32,921 nucleotides of DNA from an uncultured Pseudomonadota bacterium (GCA_964547785.1 CAZJPB010000003.1:1-32921); one strand, 5' to 3'; counted from the stretch's first letter, positions 1 through 8,852 are shown. Program-made: numbers and translations. Notes: generated from the letters alone by a model not told the origin.

Positions 1-613
1 CATACAAAAAATATCCTTCAAACATACTTATGCCAAAAAACAGACCAAAACACAGCACTGCGACAGGTTTTATTTTTTTAAACGCACACACCACTGCAAC
101 TACAGCAGCAATTGCAAGCGTCCATCCTGCGTACAATCTAAATGCATTCGTAAACGCTACGACAAGCCCTGCGCACACACTCCAACTCATCAGTTTTTTC
201 ATGCTCTGTTTTTGCAAAATGACAAATAACCACGGCAGCAAACAAACATTAAAAAATGGCAGAATATAAACATCGCCAATCGACCAGCAAACCAATGAGG
301 TTAAAGAAACGCCAACTAACACGATTATTTTTTGCAGCTTTGTCTGCGCACATTGCCAAAATTCAGCTATAGCAATAAGCGCTCCTAACAAAGCAATGCC
401 GGCATCCCACCACCATAAAGCACTCTCTAAAGGCATAGCGCAATGCTTTGCTAAAAATGGCACAAAATAATTAATACCTGGATCATCTGCGCATACATTT
501 TCGATAGGAAGAAGAGTATCATTTTCTAATGTTAAAAAAGGCAAGCCTGTTTTATTCCAAGCTTTTAGAGTCGTTTGTAAAACCTGCCACCGGGACGTTG
601 AAATGATCATCAT
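1..613 (-). CDS. Polytopic membrane protein, 5' part only (gene runs off the left edge). Candidate membrane glycosyltransferase partner of the upstream polyprenyl-phosphate GT2.
   Basis: It is absent from the ORF track because it is truncated by the window edge. I translated the minus strand by hand in the frame whose codons lie on plus positions (2-4),(5-7)...(611-613). That frame has no stop (no tta/cta/tca triplet) from 643 down to 2. An in-frame stop lies at 646-644 and tandem ATGs lie at 613-611 and 610-608. The product reads MMIISTSRWQVLQTTLKAWNKTGLPFLTLENDTLLPIENVCADDPGINYFVPFLAKHCAMPLESALWWWDAGIALLGALIAIAEFW...VLVGVSLTSLVCW...LAIAAVVAVVCAF...LCFGLFFGISMF, with several hydrophobic helices. 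It overlaps the 3' end of the GT2 gene by 62 nt. Function is inferred from position only. Confidence 0.55.
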   Translation of the reverse strand, partial: MMIISTSRWQVLQTTLKAWNKTGLPFLTLENDTLLPIENVCADDPGINYFVPFLAKHCAMPLESALWWWDAGIALLGALIAIAEFWQCAQTKLQKIIVLVGVSLTSLVCWSIGDVYILPFFNVCLLPWLFVILQKQSMKKLMSWSVCAGLVVAFTNAFRLYAGWTLAIAAVVAVVCAFKKIKPVAVLCFGLFFGISMFEGYFLY

Positions 614-1553
614 CTTCCTTTGATTTAAATCCAATCTCTTCTTTTACGATATATAAAGGTCTCTGTTTTTGCTGTTCATACATTCTGCCAATATATTCTC
701 CTAGAAGCCACATTAAAAAAAATTGAACGCCCATAAAAATATACATCACGGTCACAAGCCATTTAAAAAGAGGATATTGCACCTTATAAACAAAAAAATC
801 TATCGAAATATACGCAAGCATGCATGATCCAGAGCCAACCACGATGATTCCCATGAATGCAGCAATACGCAAGGGAAAGAGAGAGAAATTTGCAAGTCCA
901 TCAAACGCAAGCTGTAAACTTTTTTTCCACGTATAACTTGGAACACCATGCATACGTTTAGGAATTTCAAAATCAATAAAGGTATGATTAAATCCTGTCC
1001 ATGCAACCATACCTCGCAAATAACGCGCTGACTCACGACATTTTTGTATTTCTTTAAGAACACGCTTATCAATTAATCTAAAATCACCAACATTGCGCGG
1101 AATGATAATATCAGAAACCATACTAAGTAATTTATAATAAAAAAATGCTGTTATTTTTTTAAAAAATCCATCTTTACGACCTGTTCTACGTGCATACACA
1201 ATAGAAAAACCTTCTTCCCATTTTTGTAACAAATTACGAACAAGTTCTGGAGGATGTTGAAGATCAGCATCCATTGCAATAATCGCATCACCCTGCGCTT
1301 TATCATAGCCAGCAGTAAGCGCCATTTGATGCCCAAAATTACGACTGAATGCAATACCTTTTACTCGCTCATCGTGCACGGACAATTGTTTGATAAGGTT
1401 CCATGATGCATCGCTACTGCCATCATTAACTAAAATAACTTCGAATGCATAGTGGGCTGCATATTCATGCATAATTGCTTGCAGTTTTTGATACAAAAAA
1501 GGAATGCTTTCTTCTTCGTTAAAAACAGGAATAACAAAAGATACTTTTTTCAT
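552..1553 (-). CDS. GT2-family polyprenyl-phosphate glycosyltransferase (ArnC/GtrB/DPM1-like)
   Basis: 333 aa. It has GT-A/GT2 motifs VSFVIPVFNEEESIP, EVILVNDGSSD, FSRNFGHQ and AMDADLQHPPE (DxD). Two C-terminal hydrophobic helices follow (FPLRIAAFMGIIVVGSGSCMLAYI and LVTVMYIFMGVQFFLMWLLGEYIGR). This is the characteristic ArnC/GtrB architecture. It is a paralogue of 4146..5144. Confidence 0.9.
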   Translation of the reverse strand: MKKVSFVIPVFNEEESIPFLYQKLQAIMHEYAAHYAFEVILVNDGSSDASWNLIKQLSVHDERVKGIAFSRNFGHQMALTAGYDKAQGDAIIAMDADLQHPPELVRNLLQKWEEGFSIVYARRTGRKDGFFKKITAFFYYKLLSMVSDIIIPRNVGDFRLIDKRVLKEIQKCRESARYLRGMVAWTGFNHTFIDFEIPKRMHGVPSYTWKKSLQLAFDGLANFSLFPLRIAAFMGIIVVGSGSCMLAYISIDFFVYKVQYPLFKWLVTVMYIFMGVQFFLMWLLGEYIGRMYEQQKQRPLYIVKEEIGFKSKEDDDHFNVPVAGFTNDSKSLE

Positions 1554-1556
1554 GTA

Positions 1557-2282
1557 TTACTTTCGACAAACAGCTACCAATGAAACTCCTGTTGGAAACG
1601 ACATCCAAGACAAAAAATATTTTTCAAAACTAAAAATTGATCGTAATAAAGTATTTTTAAATTTATTCGAGCTATTCATCTGAGATGCAAAAGATTGATT
1701 GGATAGACGAGCAATCAGAGCAAGTGGAAATAAAAAAAAATTATAATAACTAATTTTTTTAATAATAAGATTTTGCATACGAAACAAATTAGTTAATGTT
1801 TTTTTTGTATAACGACGAAAATGTGGATAATCACCTTCTTCATCAAAAGAACTCCATAAACAAGGTAACGCTGGCACAGTGATAAGAAGTTTTCCATCTT
1901 TTTTTAAAAGATTTTTTAATGCTGATATTGCTTTTACATCATCTTGAATATGCTCAATAACATCCATTGCCACAATTATATCAAAACTCTCTTTTTTTAA
2001 ATTAGATGCAAGAACATCACTTTGAATTACCTCAAATCCTTTTAATCTACAAAACAAAATTGCTTCTGGATCAATGTCTATACCAGTCACTCTTCCAAAA
2101 TAACTTAAATGTTCTAATTCAGCTCCAGTGCCACAACCAACACTTAAAATTTTTAAATCTTTTTTAGTAAGTTTTTTCCAAAAAATATATTCCATAATTG
2201 CACGTCTTGATTGAAACCACCAATGATTATATTCAGCAATCGCAAGAATATCATTAGTAGTATAATTATTTTTTAAGCTCAT
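1557..2282 (-). CDS. Class I SAM-dependent methyltransferase
   Basis: 241 aa. Motif I is ILSVGCGTGAELEHL, followed by an acidic residue after beta-2 (GIDID) and post-motif DIIVAMDVIEHIQD. Its 4-nt start overlap with the upstream aminotransferase stop suggests translational coupling. Confidence 0.8.
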   Translation of the reverse strand: MSLKNNYTTNDILAIAEYNHWWFQSRRAIMEYIFWKKLTKKDLKILSVGCGTGAELEHLSYFGRVTGIDIDPEAILFCRLKGFEVIQSDVLASNLKKESFDIIVAMDVIEHIQDDVKAISALKNLLKKDGKLLITVPALPCLWSSFDEEGDYPHFRRYTKKTLTNLFRMQNLIIKKISYYNFFLFPLALIARLSNQSFASQMNSSNKFKNTLLRSIFSFEKYFLSWMSFPTGVSLVAVCRK

Positions 2283-3442
2283 AAAATATCGTTTAATGTA
2301 TTACATACGTATTCTACTTCTTCTTCTAACAACAATGGATATAAAGGCAAAGAAATGGTTGTGTCTCCAATATATTCTGCTATTGGAAAATCACCTTTTT
2401 TATAACCATATTTATTTTTATAATAAGTCATTACATGTGCTGGACGATAGTGCACAGCTGCTCCAATACCTCGATCATACAAAGCTTCAAGAATTTGATC
2501 TCTATTTTTAACCCAAATAGAATAGAGATGATATGCATGAGTTGATCCAGAAACAAATCGTGGCTGCTCATACACAGAAAGTAACTGCTCATATTGTTCA
2601 AATAATTTTTTTCTACGAGCATGCAATATATTAATACGCTGTAATTGATGTATCAAAAGAGACGCTTGCATATTTGACATATTGCATTTCATGCCCAAAA
2701 ATTCCATATCGTAATGTTGATATTTTTTTGTATAACGATCTGCAGCGCTTGACGAAATTCCATGACTACGAGCCTGCAAAAGCCATGAATTCATCTCTTC
2801 ATTATTAGTTACAATTGCACCACCTTCTCCAGATGTTATATTTTTTGTTGCATAAAAACTTACACAAGCTGCATCTGAAAAAGATCCAATTTTTTTGCCT
2901 TCAAACTCACCTTCTATGCAATGAGCTGCATCTTCGATAACTTTAAGATTATAAGCAGCAGCTATTTTTTGAATACTTCTCATATTACACATTTGACCAT
3001 AAAGATGAACCGGTAAAATAGCTTTCGTTTTTGTAGTAATAACTGCTTCTATTTTACTTACATCAATATTTGCAGTCTCCCATGCAACATCAACAAATAC
3101 TGGCTTTGCGCCAACAGATTCAATAGCGTTTGCGGTCGCAACATAAGATAATGGAGTCGTAATAACTTCATCTCCAGGCCCTATATTAAAATAACGCAAA
3201 CAAAGCTCAAGCGCATGAGTACAAGACATAACACCAACGGCATAATGCGTACCAATATACTCTGCAAATGCTGTTTCAAACTGCTTAGTCACAGTACCCG
3301 TAGTTAAAAAAACAGTATCAAGAACTTTAAGCATTTCAGCTTTATCAGCAAGCTCAAGATTATGTTTAAAATATTCTACTTTTCTTTGAATTTTATTATT
3401 TGAAAAAATTAAAGATGGTGCTGTATAATTTTTTATTTCCAT
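2279..3442 (-). CDS. DegT/DnrJ/EryC1/StrS-family PLP-dependent sugar aminotransferase, ArnB-like subtype
   Basis: 387 aa. The PLP-lysine region VSFYATKNITSGEGGAIVTN closely resembles the ArnB-type motif SFHAIKNITCAEGG. It also has IEDAAHC, and a C-terminal HAYHLYSIWV...RGIGAAVHYRPAH...ISLPLYP that is colinear with ArnB-like enzymes as I remember them. Confidence 0.88.
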   Translation of the reverse strand: MEIKNYTAPSLIFSNNKIQRKVEYFKHNLELADKAEMLKVLDTVFLTTGTVTKQFETAFAEYIGTHYAVGVMSCTHALELCLRYFNIGPGDEVITTPLSYVATANAIESVGAKPVFVDVAWETANIDVSKIEAVITTKTKAILPVHLYGQMCNMRSIQKIAAAYNLKVIEDAAHCIEGEFEGKKIGSFSDAACVSFYATKNITSGEGGAIVTNNEEMNSWLLQARSHGISSSAADRYTKKYQHYDMEFLGMKCNMSNMQASLLIHQLQRINILHARRKKLFEQYEQLLSVYEQPRFVSGSTHAYHLYSIWVKNRDQILEALYDRGIGAAVHYRPAHVMTYYKNKYGYKKGDFPIAEYIGDTTISLPLYPLLLEEEVEYVCNTLNDIL

Positions 3443-3451
3443 GCATTTCCT

Positions 3452-4177
3452 TCAAATACGCTTATGATAAATAAGATTAAATTTTTCTAATACAAAATTA
3501 TGTTTTTGATAAAAGCGATTTGCAGGAATATTTTCACCTTGCGTCATAACAATTAAAGATTTTTTTTGTTCTTGTGCATAATGATATGCATGATTCATAA
3601 GTGCGCTTGCAATACCATGCTTTTTAAACTGATTGTGTACACCAAGTAGGTCAATTCGTATCTCTTCTTGCATTATTCGTAATGAAAGTATTCCGATACA
3701 ATTCTTATTATTATCTAATGCTGTAAAAACTTTATCTGCATATCCATTAAAAGTATTTTTCATCCATACATTATAAAGATTTATTACTTTATTTTTATCA
3801 ATAAATGGATCTTTTCCATAATGACTTATGAAAGCTAATTCTTTACTTATATCGTTTAAAAATTGATCTTGATCAGAATAATTATAATTTTCTGTGATTA
3901 AAAAAGACGTATTTTCAGAAAGAGATGCTCTTTCTTTTTGCGCTAATCGATAATGCGCTTGAGACGAAACAAGATAATAATTATGTTCTTTCAAAAACAT
4001 ACTAGAGGAAACATCAAAAGGAATATAACAAAATACAAGATTAATATTTTCTTTTATAAAAAAATCATGTTCTTGTATAAAAAAACTTGATTCTAAAGTT
4101 TTATCTAACCAGCATTTTGCAACTCTTTGATTCAAAAATTCAGAATCAAATGTATCGATTGTGAAAATATTTTGCAT
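3452..4177 (-). CDS. GNAT-family N-acetyltransferase (WecD/amino-sugar N-acetyltransferase-like)
   Basis: 241 aa. The C-terminal GNAT core is IGILSLRIMQEEIRIDLLGVHNQFKKHGIASALMNHAYHYAQEQ (the Q/RxxGxG/A acetyl-CoA loop equivalent), followed by NIPANRFYQKHNF. The two-domain size is similar to WecD. It lies directly upstream, in transcription order, of the ArnB-like aminotransferase. Its start overlaps the upstream GT2 by 32 nt. Confidence 0.7.
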   Translation of the reverse strand: MQNIFTIDTFDSEFLNQRVAKCWLDKTLESSFFIQEHDFFIKENINLVFCYIPFDVSSSMFLKEHNYYLVSSQAHYRLAQKERASLSENTSFLITENYNYSDQDQFLNDISKELAFISHYGKDPFIDKNKVINLYNVWMKNTFNGYADKVFTALDNNKNCIGILSLRIMQEEIRIDLLGVHNQFKKHGIASALMNHAYHYAQEQKKSLIVMTQGENIPANRFYQKHNFVLEKFNLIYHKRI

Positions 4178-5144
4178 CTGTTTTTTCCTTTAAAAAATCC
4201 ATATTATTAACTGTATTTTTATTAAAAAAATGTTTAATAACATACAAAGGCCTATGTTTTATTTCTATATACAGTCGGCCTAAATATTCTCCCATAATAC
4301 CTAATACAAGCAATTGAATGCCTCCCATAAAAAGTATTGCCGCGATTAAAGATGTCCATCCTTGCACACTCAAACTTTGAAAAAAATATCGTATTATAAT
4401 ATATCCAACTAATATAAAACTTAAGGTCATAAACATAAATCCTAAGACTGTAATAAGACGCAAAGGATATTCAGAAAATGAAAATATAGCATTGCAGGCT
4501 AAAGAAAACTGCTTTAAAAAAGAATATTTCGTTGTTCCATATTTACGAATTCCATGCTCAACAGAAACACTCGTATGTTTAAATCCGACCCAACCAATAA
4601 CTCCAACAAGATAACGTTGACTTTCTCTAAGCCGAATTACTTCATCCGCAACTTGTTTCGTCATAATACGAAAAATAGTTGTATTAATTTCTATTTTTTC
4701 ACGCATAAGACTTTTCATAAATGCAATAAATAATGCAGAATAACTGCGCTTTAAAAAATCAAATTTTTTATTAAGACGATCACCGTAAACAACGTCAAAA
4801 CCTTCTACAAGCTTATGATAAAGAAATTTTATATTTTCAGGCTGATCTTGTAAATCACTATCCATCATGACAACATAATCACCAGTTGCATGATCCAGTC
4901 CAGCGCTAATAGCAATATGATGTCCAAAATTTCTACTAAAAATAATAGATTTCACACATTCATTTTGTTCAGAAAGTTTTTTTAATATATAAGCTGATTG
5001 ATCTGTACTTCCATCATCTACAAGAATAATTTCATATAAAAAACAAGAAAAATCTTTTTGCAATACTATCATTAAACGATTATAAAATTCTGGTATTGTT
5101 TCTTCTTCATTATAAATAGGCGCAATAATAGAAATTTTTTTCAT
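4146..5144 (-). CDS. GT2-family polyprenyl-phosphate glycosyltransferase (ArnC/GtrB-like), second copy
   Basis: 332 aa. Motifs are ISIIAPIYNEEETIP, EIILVDDGSTD, FSRNFGHH and MMDSDLQDQPE, plus two C-terminal TM helices (LITVLGFMFMTLSFILVGYIII and LIAAILFMGGIQLLVLGIMGEYLGR). It is clearly paralogous to 552..1553. Confidence 0.9.
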   Translation of the reverse strand: MKKISIIAPIYNEEETIPEFYNRLMIVLQKDFSCFLYEIILVDDGSTDQSAYILKKLSEQNECVKSIIFSRNFGHHIAISAGLDHATGDYVVMMDSDLQDQPENIKFLYHKLVEGFDVVYGDRLNKKFDFLKRSYSALFIAFMKSLMREKIEINTTIFRIMTKQVADEVIRLRESQRYLVGVIGWVGFKHTSVSVEHGIRKYGTTKYSFLKQFSLACNAIFSFSEYPLRLITVLGFMFMTLSFILVGYIIIRYFFQSLSVQGWTSLIAAILFMGGIQLLVLGIMGEYLGRLYIEIKHRPLYVIKHFFNKNTVNNMDFLKEKTDAKYFHNRYI

Positions 5145-6538
5145 ACAATAATCTGTTTTTTTATTTTTTTGCTTTTTATTTTTCCCTTAATCCATTCAAA
5201 TGCACTAACAAAAAAATATGCAGAAAAACCTGCAAGAGGCCACAAAAATGGGACAACATACCGTTCTTCAAAATGCGAAAATAATAAGATCCATGCACCT
5301 AATAAAACTCCACCTAATAAAAAAATCAATGAAATATATTTTTTATTACAATACAAAAGCAATATTCCAAAAATTGCAAATATTTTTAAAAAATCTCCTA
5401 AAAGTTCAATACACTTAATAATCAATAATTTATTATTAACCAAAAGAGTCTTATTTATTTTTTCAAAAAAATGTAAAAATCTATCTTCAATTTTTTCTTT
5501 ATCTATTATGTAAAAAAAGAAATCCTTCATATTCTTAATAATAGATTTTATATAAATAGAAGGATTTTCTTTACATAATCTTATAAATATTTTTGTCCCA
5601 GCATCATTGTATTCTGGGCTACCACAAAAATATGTTGCCGATTCTGTTTTATTTACATATTGAGCAATAACATTATCATCACATTTTAAATTCCATGGAT
5701 TTTCAACAGATCCCAACGCAGACAATAATCCATGCCCTAATGGCCCAACAAAATAACGATCATAAGTAAATTTATTAAAACTTATAAATGGAACCCAAAA
5801 AAACAGAATATTTACCATCAAAGTAATACCAATTATTTTAATAGCTTGTTTTAGAAAATCTTTTTTATATAGATAAACAAGCAATAAAAACATAATATTT
5901 AATGTTAAAAGTTGTCCAAAAATATTAGGTCTTAAAAATTGACAAAATGAAAAAAAAACAGATCCTAACATAATTTTTTTAAAACTATACTGTGGCAATA
6001 AAAAAGCTTTTAATAAAATATAAGAAAAAATAACTCCTCCATAAAATCCCCAAATATCGCGAGCCGGTATAATATTCAAAAGAATAAATTGATGCGACGC
6101 TATAAGAAGTAATGAACCATAAAATGCAACATATTTATTATTAAAAAGTAAAAAAAAGATTTGATAAATAAAAAAAATTATTAAGCAAAATAACAATATC
6201 TGTAAAATTTGAATATCTATTAAATTTAATGATCCTGTAATTTTCCATAAAATTCCAACTAAAGCGGCATATCCAATTGTATCATTTGTTGTTGGTTTTA
6301 AAGAAGTAGAATATATTTTTAAAGGAATAACTATTTGAGTTTTTTCTTTAATTTCTTCATGAACAGCGGATAAAGTTCCATATTTATAAAAACTATAAGC
6401 AGAAGGAATTTGATTCCAAGATGATGATGTATAAGAAGGCAAAACATCATATAATGTATAAAAAGTTCCCAAATTAACTATTAATGCTATAAAAACTACC
6501 AGCCATTGAAAATAATTATTATTTTTAGCAAAAATCAT
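5141..6538 (-). CDS. Polytopic integral membrane protein; candidate GT-C-type transferase (ArnT-like role) or polymerase/ligase
   Basis: 465 aa, extremely AT-rich and very hydrophobic, with about 10 or more predicted helices. Examples are WLVVFIALIVNLGTFY, ILLFCLIIFFIYQIFFLLF and ITLMVNILFFWVPFISF. A soluble loop of about 110 aa (res ~255-365) precedes three C-terminal helices. I recognise no family motif, so the role is inferred from 4-nt coupling to the ArnC-like GT2 downstream. Confidence 0.55.
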   Translation of the reverse strand: MIFAKNNNYFQWLVVFIALIVNLGTFYTLYDVLPSYTSSSWNQIPSAYSFYKYGTLSAVHEEIKEKTQIVIPLKIYSTSLKPTTNDTIGYAALVGILWKITGSLNLIDIQILQILLFCLIIFFIYQIFFLLFNNKYVAFYGSLLLIASHQFILLNIIPARDIWGFYGGVIFSYILLKAFLLPQYSFKKIMLGSVFFSFCQFLRPNIFGQLLTLNIMFLLLVYLYKKDFLKQAIKIIGITLMVNILFFWVPFISFNKFTYDRYFVGPLGHGLLSALGSVENPWNLKCDDNVIAQYVNKTESATYFCGSPEYNDAGTKIFIRLCKENPSIYIKSIIKNMKDFFFYIIDKEKIEDRFLHFFEKINKTLLVNNKLLIIKCIELLGDFLKIFAIFGILLLYCNKKYISLIFLLGGVLLGAWILLFSHFEERYVVPFLWPLAGFSAYFFVSAFEWIKGKIKSKKIKKQIIV

Positions 6539-7629
6539 TGATTCTCCCTATAATTTAAAATATCTTTTTTATAAACAACATTATTTTTAATATCTTTTTC
6601 AAAAAATGTTTTGTACCATTGACACGTTTCTTTTAAACCTTCTTTGATGCCATAACGCGGCTTCCAATCAAGCAATGTATGAGCTTTTTTACACGAAAGA
6701 TATTGTGATACAATTTCTCCAGAAGCTGTATTTAAAATAAGTGGTTTTATGTGCGGCTGATTCATAATTTCTGCAACTAATGCAACAATTTCTATAACCG
6801 TAAATGGTGTTTCTTCGCTAATATTAAACGTTTGGCCTACTATTTTTTGATCATCCATTTTCTCTGCAAGCGTTAGATACGCATCTACCACATCTTTTAC
6901 GTACACATAATCTCTGACCAATAATCCATTTGATCGAATAGAAGGTTGCTCATTAAACAATAAAGATTTAATTGTTTTAGGAATAATACGATTAAAATGC
7001 AAATCACCGCCACCAAAAATGTTTCCACAGCGTGTTATGCAAATGGGTAGTTGATAGGTATGAATATACGATTGTGCTATCAAATCGCTGCAACTTTTTG
7101 AAACATCATACGGATGCTTTGCCAATAGCGGCATGTCTTCGGTGTAAGGGAGTATGTCTGAATCGCCATACGCCTTGTCACTTGAAGCAATAATTATTTT
7201 TTTAACCCACGGTGATAGCCTACAGCTTTCTAAAAGATTCCATGTTCCTTCGATATTTGAATGAAACGTAGAGAGTGGCGATCGTTGCGCATAGCCAACA
7301 ATTGCCTGCGCGCCTAAATGGAAAACCGTGTCAATATCAAATTCATTCAAGATCCTTTGCAAACTTTTAAAATCGCATAAATCTCCAGAAACAATAGTAA
7401 TTTTTTTATCAAGTTCTTGAGAAACTAAGAGTGAATTCGGCAACTGATCTCGCTGCAAGATAGTGACAGAAGATCCTTGCGCAACTAACGCATCAACAAG
7501 CCATCCACCCAAAAGCCCGCTAGCTCCTGTTACAAAGACCGATCGATCTTTCCATACATAATCAGTATTAGCCTTAGCAAACATTGAGACACCTTTTTTA
7601 TGTGACACTACTTCTTCTCTTTTTTCCAT
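6535..7629 (-). CDS. Extended-SDR NAD(P)-dependent sugar-nucleotide dehydratase/epimerase (CDP-glucose 4,6-dehydratase-like)
   Basis: 364 aa. It has the Rossmann motif VFVTGASGLLGGWLV, then VFHLGAQAIV, SSDKAYG, and the YxxxK catalytic pair in PYDVSKSCSD. An alternative start at M16 (ATG 7584) is preceded by AAAGGTG and would remove a non-conserved 15-aa leader. Confidence 0.8.
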   Translation of the reverse strand: MEKREEVVSHKKGVSMFAKANTDYVWKDRSVFVTGASGLLGGWLVDALVAQGSSVTILQRDQLPNSLLVSQELDKKITIVSGDLCDFKSLQRILNEFDIDTVFHLGAQAIVGYAQRSPLSTFHSNIEGTWNLLESCRLSPWVKKIIIASSDKAYGDSDILPYTEDMPLLAKHPYDVSKSCSDLIAQSYIHTYQLPICITRCGNIFGGGDLHFNRIIPKTIKSLLFNEQPSIRSNGLLVRDYVYVKDVVDAYLTLAEKMDDQKIVGQTFNISEETPFTVIEIVALVAEIMNQPHIKPLILNTASGEIVSQYLSCKKAHTLLDWKPRYGIKEGLKETCQWYKTFFEKDIKNNVVYKKDILNYRENQ

Positions 7630-7687
7630 CGCTCATGCATCTTAGTTTTCTCTTTTTTTTATAAAAAAGCAAAATCATTTTTGTAGT

Positions 7688-8302
7688 TTACAAATTGGCA
7701 TGTTTAATAATTTTTTTTACATGTTGTTGCCACGTATAGTGTTCAATAACCTTTCTACGAGCATTATTTCCAAGAAGTATGCGCTGTTCACTCGAAAGAC
7801 TTACACACCATAAACAAGCATCAATAAAACCTTGCATATCTAAAGGATCAACTAACATTCCAACCTGATCTGTAATCTGAATAACATGATCTAATCGAAT
7901 GTCAGAAATTCGAACAGATGGTGATAGCACTTCTGACAATTGTTCTAAATCAGATGCTATAATCGGTTTTGCCATGCTCATATATTCAAATAATTTTGTA
8001 GGAGACCCAAAAAAACGCGAACCATCCACGTTTGGTTGCGTTGGGCACAAAAATGCATCACATTGCGCCAAATATTCAGGAGCCTTTTCTTGCGCAATTT
8101 GTCCTGTCATTACAACAGAGTCAAGAACATTGTGTTGTCGCAGAGCGCATTCTAAATCTTTTTTTAAAACACCATCACCAATAAGCAAAAATCTAATCGC
8201 ACTATTTTGTCGCACCAATGCTGGAATAATTTTTTCTAAAACTTCTATGCCATGCCAATAACCAAATGTTCCAATAAATCCAAAAGTAAAGGTTGATTTC
8301 AT
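7688..8302 (-). CDS. GT4 (glycosyltransferase group 1) C-terminal domain only; apparent 3' half of a split gene (possible pseudogene or independently translated half)
   Basis: 204 aa. It begins at the position equivalent to the GR..KG donor-domain start (FGFIGTFGYWHGIEVL). It continues with LLIGDGVLKKDLE and the EX7E-type region FFGSPTKLFEYMSMAKPIIASDLEQLSEVL. No acceptor (N-terminal) Rossmann domain is present. An in-frame TAA lies 7 codons upstream of the ATG, and AGAGGA lies 9 nt upstream. The matching N-terminal half is at 20499..21128. Confidence 0.75.
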   Translation of the reverse strand: MKSTFTFGFIGTFGYWHGIEVLEKIIPALVRQNSAIRFLLIGDGVLKKDLECALRQHNVLDSVVMTGQIAQEKAPEYLAQCDAFLCPTQPNVDGSRFFGSPTKLFEYMSMAKPIIASDLEQLSEVLSPSVRISDIRLDHVIQITDQVGMLVDPLDMQGFIDACLWCVSLSSEQRILLGNNARRKVIEHYTWQQHVKKIIKHANL

Positions 8303-8348
8303 AAAGAGTATTCCTCTTTTTTATTTCTTGTAAATTGTCTTAAATCTT

Positions 8349-8852
8349 CTAAAGAAATAAATCTTTTTGATTTATTATTGGTTGCGCGCATGGCCACATA
8401 ATATTAAATTGAGGATCATTCCATAATAAATGACCTTCTGTTTTCTGATTATAATATTGTGTACATTTATAACTAATAATTGCCTGATCACTTAAAACAT
8501 AAAATCCATGCGCAAACCCTGGAGACATATAGATTTGTTTATGATTCATACTAGAAAGCTCAATTGTAAAATTTTTTTTAAAGGTTTTTGAATCAGGACG
8601 AATATCAACAACTACGTCAAAAATATGACCGTTTACAACAGACACAAGCTGTCCTTGTCCTTTTTGATAATGTAATCCACGCAATACATTTTTGTGCGAT
8701 AAGGAAATATTATCTTGTACAAATGTTTCTTTAATTCCATAACGCCCATAATCAGATTTTTTCCAACTTTCATAAAAAAAACCTCTTTCATCGTGAAAAA
8801 TTTGTGGCTCAAAAATTAAAAGCCCTTCAAAATCAGTTTTTATTACTTTCAT
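8349..8852 (-). CDS. rfbC: dTDP-4-dehydrorhamnose 3,5-epimerase (RmlC)
   Basis: 167 aa. Motifs are FEPQIFHDERGFFYESW, LRGLHYQ and SPGFAHGF, which are canonical for the RmlC cupin. There is a 4-nt overlap with rmlA. Confidence 0.9.
   Translation of the reverse strand: MKVIKTDFEGLLIFEPQIFHDERGFFYESWKKSDYGRYGIKETFVQDNISLSHKNVLRGLHYQKGQGQLVSVVNGHIFDVVVDIRPDSKTFKKNFTIELSSMNHKQIYMSPGFAHGFYVLSDQAIISYKCTQYYNQKTEGHLLWNDPQFNIMWPCAQPIINQKDLFL

Noticed and set aside
30-269. Plus-strand 79-aa ORF from the track at the left edge
   Set aside because: The opposite strand is open across this whole region and encodes a plausible multi-helix membrane protein in line with the locus. The plus-strand product (T/A/H-rich with no motif) looks like a shadow ORF.
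7630-7687. A/T palindrome (CTTTTTT-ATA-AAAAAAG) between the GT4 C-half and the SDR gene, considered as a terminator
   Set aside because: The stem is made only of A:T pairs, has no G:C clamp, and is not followed by a convincing U-tract on the transcribed (minus) strand. Predicted stability would be negligible.
7899-8261. 120-aa plus-strand ORF antisense to the GT4 C-terminal half. Similar antisense or nested ORFs include 800..1072, 1151..1354, 2296..2511, 2431..2622, 5169..5513, 5218..5418, 8917..9102, 10971..11192, 15156..15573, 16369..16796, 19373..19633, 20773..20994, 21268..22914 (several), 24828..25467, 26510..27410, 28674..28886, 29845..30108, 30453..30711, 31539..32202.
   Set aside because: All lie entirely inside, or antisense to, longer ORFs with clear family motifs. 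Their products are low-complexity with no recognisable domain. They are typical shadow ORFs of AT-rich DNA.
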